Shown here in pieces: positions 1 through 9,944 of a DNA stretch of 37,673 nt. Below the pieces are notes generated by a model, which was not told the DNA's origin, made no database searches, and was given only the letters and a program-made list of their open reading frames with translations. This DNA is from Octopus bimaculoides (lineage: Eukaryota), in contig NC_068990.1 of assembly GCF_001194135.2 (NCBI RefSeq), forward strand, positions 23,148,370-23,186,042, given 5' to 3'. The translations under genes were made by a program, and so were the position numbers. The stretch's first letter is position 1. Every line of letters begins with the position of its first letter.

Positions 1-45
<45 letters not shown>

Positions 46-420
46 TGTACAGATGTATATATATGTATATATATACATACATATATGTATATATATATAT
101 ATAGGTGAGTGGCTTAGTGGTTAGTTTTTATGTGTGTGTGTATGTGTGTATTTGTGTGTGTATATGGAACCATATCTGAGCATGTACACACGCTCACAGA
201 TATGCCTGGATACACGAACAAACCTATGTGTATTCTTATAAAAACAAATTATTGTGGTTTGTGTGGTGTGTGCATACAATATGTGTTTATACATACATAC
301 ACACACACATATACAGATATATGTTTTGTCTGCATATGCATGTGTATATATATACGTAAGTATATATGTATTTATGTATGCATGCATGTATGTATGTATG
401 TATGTATGTATGTATGTGGG
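1..420. repeat. Compound (TA)n/(TG)n/(TATG)n microsatellite region with a short SINE-head fragment near 103-125
   Basis: Direct reading of dinucleotide and tetranucleotide runs; ggtgagtggcttagtggttag resembles a tRNA A-box. Confidence 0.85.
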
Positions 421-501
421 TCAATCTCAGTTCAACTATGATCGACCAAGCTATGATCAAATGTTTCATCTGTCATCGTCCCTTCTTCCTGTATATCATA
501 G

Positions 502-597
502 ATTACGTTTTCTTATGTATATTTTGAGTGAAGATAGTAATAGAGTGAAGACAGCAATAGAAACAGTGATAGAGATTCGACAGCTATTTCTAGCAGG
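502..597 (+). CDS. Candidate internal exon (96 nt, phase 2-2) encoding LRFLMYILSEDSNRVKTAIETVIEIRQLFLAG; host gene unknown
   Basis: Pyrimidine-rich acceptor ccttcttcctgtatatcatag, strong donor CAGG|gtgagt, one open frame, purine-rich body. The peptide loosely resembles the lead-in to a cytochrome P450 I-helix, but no other P450 motif was found. Confidence 0.25.
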
Positions 598-1271
598 GTG
601 AGTAACATACGTGTTTAACTCAAGTTTAACTTATTTATTATATATATTTGATGGGACAGAGCTTGAAAGCTGTTGTAGGCTCCCAAGTAAATATACGTGT
701 CCAACACTATTGAATGATGAGCATTATGAACAATAATCTATTTGGTCGATACCCAACGTTTTGTACAATCTCAATATTGCTGTTTACTCAGTTTTTCCTA
801 TGAAAAATTTTCTCAGGATCGTTTCTGTTCTCACACAACAATGAGACCGACACACAATACAAAATGGTGGGCGAGATGTGTGAGAAAGAACATTTTTATT
901 AGCGATTAATTGCCAAGGCTCAAGATGAGCTGTGGTTGATGAGCTCCAGAGGAACCGTGGTTAAGCAGACAGACCCATGATGAAAAGCGTTTTAGTTGTG
1001 ACTTTTCTGTCACTTTAGGGCTTCATAGAAATAAAGTATATAGAACCATAACCTTCTATATTCATTGTATAACCGGGGAACTCAGGAGATTCAATATACT
1101 CACAGAATTGAGGAAAATAACAATGCGTCCTTACATTAAAACATAACCAGAGTTTAAGTACATCACTCAGATAAAATTCGAATAGTATTAACTAAGACAC
1201 CCAAAAAAATATATGGTAGTGCTGCTAATGCTGGATCTTCGTCGTTTGTCGATGAGGATTCAGATGTGTAT

Positions 1272-1316
<45 letters not shown>

Positions 1317-1439
1317 NNNNNNNNNNNNNNNNNNNNNNNNNNNNNNNNNNNNNNNNNNNNNNNNNNNNNNNNNNNNNNNNNNNNNNNNNNNNNNNNNNAT
1401 GATTCAGATGTTGTTTTCGTTGTTATGTATGTATGTATG

Positions 1440-1469
<30 letters not shown>

Positions 1470-1471
<2 letters not shown>

Positions 1472-1640
1472 GTTCAAATTTATAGAAAAGCAGAGACGAA
1501 GATAGGTGTAGGAACATCAATCAAGTGTATTAGTATTACGCTCGGGAAAACTGGAAAGGTATTTGACGTTTCGAGCCTATGCTCTTCGACAGAAATGAAT
1601 AAAAGGAAGCAAATAGAGAGAGAATGTGTGTGGGGGTGTG
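1470..1640 (-). mobile_element. Penelope-like/retrozyme terminal-repeat fragment, family P1 copy 1
   Basis: Homologous to 21714-21880 (shared gtatta..acgctcggga..acgtttcgagc..gctcttc..acagaaa); carries a hammerhead fold; abuts a (TATG)n array. Confidence 0.5.
1561..1596 (-). ncRNA. Minimal type I hammerhead ribozyme fold, U6 core variant
   Basis: Minus strand reads AUUU-CUGUCGA-A-GAGC-AUAG-GCUC-GAAAC-GUC-AAAU: helix I AUUU/AAAU, helix II GAGC/GCUC, palindromic ACGU helix III, GUC cleavage triplet. Confidence 0.55.
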
Positions 1641-1660
1641 CGGGGCGGGGGTATGCATAT

Positions 1661-1817
1661 GTGTATATAAGAAGCTTGCTTCCCAACCACATGGTTCCGG
1701 ATTCTGTCCCAATGCGTAGCGCCTTGGGCAAGTGTCTTCTACTATAGCCTTGGGTTGACTAAAGCCTTGTGAGTGGATTTGGTAGATGGTAACTGAAAGA
1801 AGCCAAAATGCCCGTCG

Positions 1818-1894
<77 letters not shown>

Positions 1895-2063
1895 TTGTGT
1901 GTCTGTGTTTGTCACCCACCATGGCAAAAGAAGTCGATAGAATAAGTACTAGGCTTATAAATAATGTCTTGGGTCGATTTCTTCGACTAAAGGCGGTGCT
2001 CCAGCATAGCCGCAGGTCGCAGTCCTATGACTGAAACAAGTAAAAGAATTAAAGAATAAAAGA
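1661..2063 (+). mobile_element. SINE family B (tRNA-like head, CORE-like block, internal (TA)n, gactgaaacaagtaaaaga tail) with an internal deletion of about 60 bp
   Basis: Collinear with 12731-13130 and 18879-19271; ccttgggcaagtgtcttctactatagcc resembles the start of the CORE domain. Confidence 0.85.
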
Positions 2064-2099
<36 letters not shown>

Positions 2100-2580
2100 A
2101 CTCACGCCGCGCGCACACAGACATACCATCATACATACCTCATAATAATCTAAATTTACTCTCAGGTATCTACACACATATACAGTCATGTGTACAGCAA
2201 AGAATAACCGTAGATATATCTTCAATGAATATTTATACGCATACGCAAACATATCAACACGTTTAAATATAGATGTTAGCAAATTATCCGTGTGTTTGTT
2301 TAACTATAGAGACAGCAATGAAATTGGGTGAGCGGAAACTAGGTTGTAAGCGTGTGTGGACATAGGTACACATAAAGTAAATATATTTATCTGCGATGTT
2401 TCAGTCGATTGTAGTACAAGTTCAGTGAATTAGCATAAAGTATGTGAGTATTTCACGGACACGCATACCCTTAATGTAATTCTCAGACAATGAAAAGAGC
2501 CAAGACTCGCCATGTTGTTCATGCTAATTTCATCTTCTGTTTCTTTTCTTTTTTGTCGTCTGGAAATTACATTGATTCTA

Positions 2581-2619
<39 letters not shown>

Positions 2620-2706
2620 ACGTATGATTCAGCGGTGTAGAGGCGAATTCAATGAACGGTTAGTTTTAGTTCAGTTGGTGAAATATGGTCAGATCTGTTT
2701 ATTAAT

Positions 2707-2984
2707 CATCATCATCGTCCTCGTCCNNNNNNNNNNNNNNNNNNNNNNNNNNNNNNNNNNNNNNNNNNNNNNNNNNNNNNNNNNNNNNNNNNNNNNNNNN
2801 NNNNNNNNNNNNNNNNNNNNNNNNNNNNNNNNNNNNNNNNNNNNNNNNNNNNNNNNNNNNNNNNNNNNNNNNNNNNNNNNNNNNNNNNNNNNNNNNNNNN
2901 NNNNNNNNNNNNNNNNNNNNNNNNNNNNNNNNNNNNNNNNNNNNNCCTCCCTCCTTCCTCCTCCTCCTCCTCCTCCTCCTCCTC

Positions 2985-3019
<35 letters not shown>

Positions 3020-3063
3020 CCTCATCATCGTTATCGTCATCGTCATCATCAGCAGCAGCAGCA
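2707..3063. repeat. Compound trinucleotide array (ATC/CCT/ACT/CAG) interrupted by an N gap at 2727-2945
   Basis: Direct reading. Confidence 0.9.
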
Positions 3064-3302
3064 GTTTATGTCCCTTTTTCAGCATGAACAGAGGAGCCAG
3101 ATAGCTGCGCCGAGATCCAATGTCCACTTTAGCATGGTTGTCCTTGTAGCTAGATGATCTTCGTGACTTTCATTTGTGGCACCAGCACTGGTGAGGTCAG
3201 CAAGTATTTGAAAAACAAAACAAGATCCGTCAACTGAGTGGGGTGCAGTATGGAGGGACAGGAGATGTTTTGCTGAAGAGGTACAAAACACGTGGCTTCT
3301 CC

Positions 3303-3598
3303 AACTGTGAAGAAAGAGAGAAAGAAAGAAAGAAAGAAGGAAAGAAAGAAAGAAAGAAAGAAAGAAAGAAAAGAAAAAAGAAAGAAAGAAAGAAAAAAGA
3401 AAGAAAGAAAGAAAAAAGGAAGAAAGAAAGGAAGAAAAAAGAAAAAAGAAAGAAAAAGAAAGAAAGGAAAGGAAGATAAAAAGAAAAGAAACAAAGAAAG
3501 AAAAAAGAGAGAGAGAAAGACAGAAAGAAAGAAAATAAAGAAAGAAAGAAGAAAAGAAAAGAAAGAAAAGAAATACAGAAAGAAAGAAAGAAAGAAAG
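3303..3598. repeat. (GAAA)n polypurine low-complexity tract
   Basis: Direct reading; it produces the spurious K/E/R-rich and F/L/S-rich ORFs in the track. Confidence 0.95.
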
Positions 3599-3688
3599 AT
3601 GTCAAGTTACAAGGTGAATGTGAAAATATGAAAGACAGAAATTGGATTGTATATATGTATATTTATATATAGATATAGATATAAAGGG

Positions 3689-3867
3689 TAAAGACCCCTT
3701 CGTTCATGAATGACCATGGGATTGCACCTAGGAAGTTACCCTCCGAGGCACAAGTCCAAGAAAGGTTGCTTTATGGAAGATCCAGCAGTCGCCCATGCGT
3801 ACCAGCCGTGCCGCCGATGTTATCCAATGGAAAGGCAAAGGGGCCGATACAGCTTGGCACCAGTGAC
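3689..3867 (-). mobile_element. SINE family D 3' half with an RTE-like tail; 5' part lost at the N gap
   Basis: Minus strand ends caatcccatggtcattcatgaacgaaggggtcttta, a stem-loop tail similar to RTE-clade LINE 3' ends; GC-richer than its flanks. Confidence 0.55.
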
Positions 3868-3877
3868 NNNNNNNNNN

Positions 3878-3928
<51 letters not shown>

Positions 3929-4239
3929 TCATCGCGACCGCTTACAAGCTTACCTATGTTCTGTTGAAGAAGGTCATTATTTCATCGAAGTTTGTCTAAC
4001 TCTCCACAACTATCCTCACTCGTACATTCACCTGATAATTTAATAGATATTATATTGGTTGTAACGATGAACATTTGTATCGTTCAATCAATGCTGTAAA
4101 CGTCTTAGAATTCTATATTCTACATACGTTTGATACACGGCCATTTACATACCTATTAGTCTTAACATAATTCCCGGGTAGAATCTATGACACTCTTTCA
4201 GACTTATGTTCGGATTTCTTCTATATAGAGTCGTTGATA

Positions 4240-4678
4240 AGGCGGCGAGTTGGCAGAAACGTTAGCCCGCCGGGCGAAATGCTTAGCGGTATTTCGTCTG
4301 CCGTTACGCTCTGAGTTCAAATTCCACCGAGGTCGACTTTGCCTTTCATCCTTTCGAGATCGATAACTTAAGTACCAGTTACGCACTGGGGTCGATGTAA
4401 TCGACTTAATCCCTTTTTCTGTCCTTGTCTGTCCTTGTTTGTCCTCTCTATGTTTAGCCCCTTGTGGGCAATAAAGAAATAAACGTTAGCACGTCGGACG
4501 AAATGCTTAGCGGTATTTCGTCTGTCTTTATGTTCTGAGTTCAAATTCCGCCGAAGTCGACTTTGCCTTTCAATCTTTCGGGGTCGATAAATTAAGTACC
4601 ATTTGCGTAATGGGGTCGATCTAATCGACTCTACCCCTCCCCCAAAATTTCAGGCCTCGTACCTAGAGAAGAAAAGAA
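4240..4678 (+). mobile_element. SINE family A, dimeric form
   Basis: A-box-like tggcagaaacgttag and B-box gagttcaaattcc; a second monomer starts after the junction gccccttgtgggcaataaagaaat. Confidence 0.85.
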
Positions 4679-4695
4679 TATAGAGTTGTTGATAA

Positions 4696-4800
4696 AGGCA
4701 AGGCTTTGCTAGAAGAAACTTGCCTAACGTACTGCGCAATTGGATCATACCTGGAACTTCGTAAATGTAAGGTGAAATTCTTCCCCATTCGGCCATAGCA
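4696..4800 (-). mobile_element. Degraded family B-like head plus CORE-like fragment
   Basis: Reverse complement gives ..gtacgttaggcaagtttcttctagcaaagcc, matching the family B CORE-like block. Confidence 0.45.
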
Positions 4801-4827
4801 GGGTATGCAGAAATTTTCCTGGCTTTG

Positions 4828-4978
4828 AGGGTATCGTGAAAGGCCAGACTGGAGGCCAAACTCTCCGAGTTCTTTTACAGAGCTTAGAAAAACTGTATGA
4901 AACTGAATAAAATTATAACTGACCCTCTTGTATTTTCTTTTACTCAATGCCAGGAACTTTTCAACAACTCTCCTCACG
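4828..4978. repeat. Unclassified interspersed repeat, copy 1 of 2
   Basis: Shares gggtatcg.gaaagg..ccgagttcttttaca..ctcttgtattttcttttac.caa.gccaggaacttt with 7557-7742. Confidence 0.7.
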
Positions 4979-5054
4979 TATATATGCGGTTCCTCGCATT
5001 GAGATCAGCGGTGTGTAACAACATCCTGGAGTTTGCTTGATATAGTGATACACA

Positions 5055-5105
<51 letters not shown>

Positions 5106-5619
5106 TTGGATACATATATACATATATATATATATATATGGATGTGTATATATATGTATATATGTATATATGTCTGTACACATGCACTCCACCTACACAT
5201 ATTTTAGTAATACAAGTTTGTTTACGAGCCTCGAGCTCTTCATGATAATAATATACAATATGAGAGATTTCAGTGGTGAATTGAAGTAAGTTTGTGCGTC
5301 TGAATTTTAATAGTTTGAAAGAAAAATAGAAAGTAAATTTAATCGATGCTTCTCAATGGAAAGCAGGAAGCCATGTAGAGGAAAGTGATATAATTTGAGA
5401 GGTGAAGAGGTGATAAGAAGCGGAGTATATTAGTGTTTCGAAATGCCAAATCAACAGCGAATGAAACAGCATGTGTACTTTCTCGAAATGTGCTATTGCT
5501 CGAATAAATGTCGAAAGTCTGAGATATATTGTCGTCAATACGATTATAATTTTTCAGACAGTTAGATTCATACTTAAAGATGTGTTTATTGTAATTTTGT
5601 ATTCATCGTGTTTTCATTT

Positions 5620-5663
5620 ATATGACGTTTCGATCAGTTTGATCTCTGATCTTCATCAGGTAT
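5620..5663 (-). ncRNA. Minimal type I hammerhead ribozyme with canonical core (Penelope-like type)
   Basis: Minus strand reads AUAC-CUGAUGA-A-GAUCAG-AGAUCAAA-CUGAUC-GAAAC-GUC-AUAU: perfect CUGANGA and GAAA core, 6-bp helix II, ACGU palindrome, GUC triplet; helix I has a C-A mismatch at the first pair, then 3 bp. Confidence 0.75.
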
Positions 5664-5772
5664 CTTATAAACATGTTTGAATTTGAAAAAGTTTCATTCG
5701 TCTTTATTGCCAAACTCGTGGGTGGAAAATGTTCCCAGTTCAAATCCAGCTTGCTATTTAATCAAATAAATA

Positions 5773-6072
5773 CAGTGTAATGTCGGTTTACCAATGCCTC
5801 TGATCACGAACTAATTAGTTTACGAACAGTTTTTCAAACATTAAACGTCTCGGGTGGCGAACTGTGACTCGAGTAACGAACACGCAAGCCGGCAACAGCG
5901 ATTAGCGAGGAGTATCAGCAGGAGAGCGTCAGTTGCTGTCTAGCTTTCGCTACTCGAATTAGCCGTACCTTTTCTTGAATTTCCTATGGGGAAAATAGTT
6001 TCAGTTTACGAACTTTTCGGATGACGAACGGCCTTCAGGAACGAGCTAAATTCGTAAACCGAGGCACCAATG
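5773..6072. mobile_element. Tc1/mariner-pogo (Tigger-like) MITE
   Basis: Imperfect TIRs cagtgtaatgtcggtttac and gtaaaccgaggcaccaatg, TA on both sides, repeated subterminal ttacgaac motifs. Confidence 0.7.
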
Positions 6073-6532
6073 TACCGGGGCTCCGATTTCCACGGCGAGA
6101 TCTTAAAGCTTATTTATGAATTATTTTGGATTATTGGGTTACTGGCTTTTTAAGATTGACTATACGGTATAGTATATCAACGGAACTAAATGCAGTACAT
6201 GTTTTGGACTGAATTTCCTGATATTTCTAGAACAAAATTGATAGAGAATCACGCGCAGATGAATCTAAAAGTAGCTCTTCGTAGTGATTGGAACTCAAAG
6301 CGTAAAGAATCGAAGTTACCGTGTTTTTTTTTTTCAATCTTCAGTTTTATATTTCGTTCTTATATCTCCGAAAGTAGCCAAAAGCTTCGCACACAGACAC
6401 ACACACACACACACACACATACACCGAAACACACACACACTTACACAGGCGCACATACTCCCAAACGCACTTACACACACATGTATGTGTGTGTATTTGT
6501 GTGTGTGTGTGCAAAATGTGGAACCTGAAGAC

Positions 6533-6852
6533 TAAAACAACACCTGCTGTCATATGTGTCCTAGGAATGATAGCTACCTAGCTCAGATACCTGGAAACCC
6601 CAAAATGGCAGACATTCTAAAGATAGGGCTCATGGGAACTGCCCATATCCCACGTAAAATGCTTTCTATGTAATCTCAAGTTTTAAAACAAGCTCATAAT
6701 TTTTTTATGTTTTCTTAAATACTCCCCAGAACAATATTATGTACAAAACCAAATCTATGACACCCTAGGCATAACACCAACATGAACTTCTAACCTGTTT
6801 CTTAAGGTCTCTGGGTGAGACTTGGAACCAACCTGTACAAATACAAAGCAAA
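6533..6852 (+). mobile_element. R4/Dong-type non-LTR retrotransposon 3' end, frameshifted
   Basis: Close copy of 7961-8310; remnant QIPGNPKMADILKIGLMGTAHIPRKMLSM* followed by the 3' UTR. Confidence 0.75.
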
Positions 6853-6886
6853 ATCTACATTCTTTCTGCCTCTGTATATCTTTCTA

Positions 6887-6892
6887 TGTATG

Positions 6893-6926
<34 letters not shown>

Positions 6927-6940
6927 TGTATGTATGTATG

Positions 6941-6983
<43 letters not shown>

Positions 6984-7175
6984 GTGTGTATGTATGCGTG
7001 CATGTGTGTATGCATGTTCGTATGTACGTATGCATGTGTGTGTATGCATATATTTGTATGTAGGTATGAATATATGCATGTATGTACGTATGCGTGTATA
7101 TGAATCTAAGTATATATGTGTTTATGTATCTATGTGTGTCTGAGTGTATGCGTGTGCGTATGTGTGTGTATGTAA
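6887..7175. repeat. (TATG)n/(TATC)n/(TG)n compound microsatellite
   Basis: Direct reading. Confidence 0.9.
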
Positions 7176-7272
7176 ACGACGGGCTTCCACATACTTTCCG
7201 TCTACTTAGAGGTCATTAATCAACCGGAAGTAAGAGAAGACTGAATAATGTCGTTCTTAACCACACAGCTTT
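7175..7272 (-). mobile_element. Degraded family B-like 5' fragment
   Basis: Reverse complement has gctgtgtggttaagaa..gtagacggaaagtatgtggaagcccgtcgt leading into the microsatellite, as in family B. Confidence 0.5.
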
Positions 7273-7556
7273 GTCCAAACCTTCGATCCTACAACAGAAC
7301 AATACACCAATACTTAACATATCATTCAGTGCATCTTGTTGCATACAAAGCTACTGATCATAGATTACTTGCCGTCTCTCTTATACAACAGCATCTATAA
7401 TTAAGTGGAGTTTCTATTTAAACGTTCCAATAATTCAATATTGTTTGACTAGACAATTTCTTACTTGTCTGAACTAATGAACTTTGAATAACTTATCGTT
7501 CGCTATATATTGATAACAAAAACCACACCAGCAGCAACAACAACAAAACTGGTTTA

Positions 7557-7742
7557 AAGGGTATCGCGAAAGGCTGGAGGCCCAACTTTCCGAGTTCTTT
7601 TACAAGGTTTAGAAAATCTAAAGGATTGCTGCAATAAAAAATGTGGATCTGAGAGGGGAATATACTGGATAAAATCATAATTAACCGATCCTCTTGTATT
7701 TTCTTTTACCCAAAGCCAGGAACTTTCCAGCACACTCACGTA
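7557..7742. repeat. Unclassified interspersed repeat, copy 2 of 2 (about 40 bp longer internally)
   Basis: Homology to 4828-4978. Confidence 0.7.
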
Positions 7743-7789
7743 CTAATGATTTCAAATATTGACAAAAAGATAACCGTCTGTTTGGGAGA

Positions 7790-7952
7790 TGCTAGTAGAC
7801 TACATCGACTGGTATTTATTCTATCGACCGACCGCCAAATGACCGAAGGCAAAATCGACCTCAGTAGAATTCGAACTCAGAATGTAGCGACAGACGATAC
7901 ACCGCTAAGCATTTCGCCCGGGATACTAAAGATTCCGACAGCTCGCCGCTTT
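7790..7952 (-). mobile_element. SINE family A, degraded
   Basis: Reverse complement of the head is recognisable (gcggcgagctgtcggaatcttta..gaaatgcttagcgg..ctgagttcgaattc). Confidence 0.75.
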
Positions 7953-7960
7953 AATAATAA

Positions 7961-8310
7961 TTAAAACAATACCTGTTGTCATAGGTGCCCTAGGAATGAT
8001 AGCAAAAGGAACTGATTGCTACCCAGCTCAGATACCAGGAAACCCCAAAATGACAGAAATTCAAAAGATAAGGCTCATGGGAACTGCCCATATCCTACGT
8101 AAAATGCTGTCTATGTAATCTCAAATTTTAAAACAAGCTCATAATTTTCTTATGGTTTCTTAAACATTCCCCAGAACAATATTATGTACAAAACCAAATA
8201 TATGACACCCTAGACATAACACCAACATGAACTTTTAACTAGTTGTCTCTTGAGGTCTCTGGGTGAGACTTGGAGTTAACTTGTACAAATACAAAGCAAA
8301 AGTCAAACAT
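7961..8310 (+). mobile_element. R4/Dong-type non-LTR retrotransposon 3' end, 5'-truncated
   Basis: Translates KTIPVVIGALGMIAKGTDCYPAQIPGNPKMTEIQKIRLMGTAHILRKMLSM* (stop 8116-8118), the typical C-terminus after a restriction-like endonuclease domain; bounded by TAA repeats. Confidence 0.8.
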
Positions 8311-8451
8311 ATAATAACAACAACAATAATAATAATAATAATAATAATAATAATTACAATAATAATACTAATAATGATAATAATAATAATAATAATAATG
8401 ATAATAATAATAATAATAATGATGATGATAACAATAATAATAATAATAATT
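8311..8451. repeat. (TAA)n array
   Basis: Direct reading. Confidence 0.95.
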
Positions 8452-8819
8452 GAGAAAGAAAACAAACTATGCTGGATCATAGATATAGTATGCCAGCTGA
8501 CAACAAAGTATGCCATAAGGAAGACAGAAAAGTCAAGAGACATGACAGGGTTAGCCTGGGAAGTTAAGCAGTTGTGGCTGATGAAAAAGTGAGCAGTAGT
8601 ACCAATAATTGTCGAAGCCCTGGGAACAGTGAGCAAAAATCTCGAGAAGTACGTGGAACAAATAGGGGCTGCAATAAGGGTGGAGCAATTGCAGAAAACA
8701 CCACTGCTTGGAACCGCTCGAATACTCCGGAAGGTGCTCTAAAAATAAGAGGTGTTACCGTAGTTCACTGGTAGTGAACAGCTGACACTGTAGTACATCT
8801 CCAGCGTTAGAAGTTGTGC

Positions 8820-8820
<1 letters not shown>
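8452..8820 (+). mobile_element. Second R4/Dong-type family 3' end carrying the restriction-like endonuclease C-terminus
   Basis: Translates EKENKLCWIIDIVC..LAWEVKQLWLMKK*AVVPIIVEALGTVSKNLEKYVEQIGAAIRVEQLQKTPLLGTARILRKVL* (stop 8740-8742); flanked on both sides by (TAA)n. Confidence 0.85.
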
Positions 8821-8861
<41 letters not shown>

Positions 8862-8862
<1 letters not shown>

Positions 8863-9072
8863 GTTCCTACTATAAGCATAAGGCTTGAAATCTTTGGGGA
8901 GGCCCTAATCGATTATATCGACCCCATGTACGTACCAGGTAGTTAATGTATCGACCCCGAAAGGATGAAGGCAAAGTCGACCTCGGCAGAATTTGAAATC
9001 AGAAAGTAAAGCCGGATGAAATGCCGCTAAGAATTTTTCCCGGTTTACTAACGATTTTGCTAGCTGACCGCC
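8862..9072 (-). mobile_element. SINE family A monomer; its (ATT)n tail could be the 8821-8860 array
   Basis: Reverse complement of the A consensus (tcgaccccgaaaggatgaaggcaaagtcgacctcggcagaatttga). Confidence 0.8.
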
Positions 9073-9073
9073 C

Positions 9074-9250
9074 ACCAGCAATTTCGTGGAAATGGGTATG
9101 TCGATTATATCGACCCTAGTGCCCAACTGGCAACATATTTATTGACCACGAAAAGATGAAAGGTAAAGTGCACCTCGACAAATCTCAGACGCAGAAACAG
9201 ACGAAATGCCGTTAAGCCTTTTGTCCAGCGTGCTAACGATTCTGTCCGCT
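9074..9250 (-). mobile_element. SINE family A, degraded
   Basis: Same reverse-complement motifs as 8862-9072. Confidence 0.7.
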
Positions 9251-9319
9251 AATATAATAATAATAGCATGGTTGATAAAAATAAGATCTTGTTCTGTTTG
9301 ATGATAACATACGTTGTCA

Positions 9320-9749
9320 AGGCGGCGAGCTGGCAGAATCGTTAGCACGCCGGGCGAAATGCTTAGGGGTATTTCGTCTCTCTTTACCTTCTGAGTTCAA
9401 ATTCCGCCTAGGTCGACTTTACGTTTCATCCTTTCGGCGTCGATAAATTAAGTACCAGTTACGCACTGGGGTCGATGAAATCGACTTATTCCCTTTGTCT
9501 ATCCTTGTTTGCCCCTCTGTGTTTAGCCCCTTATGGGCAATAAAGCAATAAGAAACGTTAGCACGTCGGGCGAAATGCTTAGCGGGTATTTCGTCTGTCT
9601 TTACGTTCTGAGTTCAAATTCCGCCGAGGTTGACTTTACACTTCATCCTTTCGGGGTCGATAAATTAAGTACCAGATGCGTACTGGGTTCGATCTAATTT
9701 ACTGGCCCCCTCCCCCAAAATTTCGGGCCTTGTGCCTAGAGTAGAAAAG
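9320..9749 (+). mobile_element. SINE family A, dimeric form
   Basis: Collinear with 4240-4678, including the dimer junction. Confidence 0.85.
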
Positions 9750-9944
9750 GATGTGATATAGTGTTTTGTACTCAGTCGTTGACGCCGATAATGATTGTTG
9801 ATGATGACGATGGTGGTGGTGTTGGGGGCGGGGGTGAAGTTATTGTTTTTGGCGGTGGTGTTGATGGTGGTGATGGTTGTATGGCTGGTGGTACTGGTCA
9901 CGGTGACTACGTTGTGGTTACTGACGTGGTTTCGNNNNNNNNNN

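Noticed and set aside
1172-1266. Open frame DKIRIVLTKTPKKIYGSAANAGSSSFVDEDSD as the exon following 502-597
   Set aside because: It needs phase 1 but the upstream exon ends in phase 2 (joining gives GGA TAA); the donor is weak, and an equally plausible minus-strand exon (1104-1191) overlaps it.
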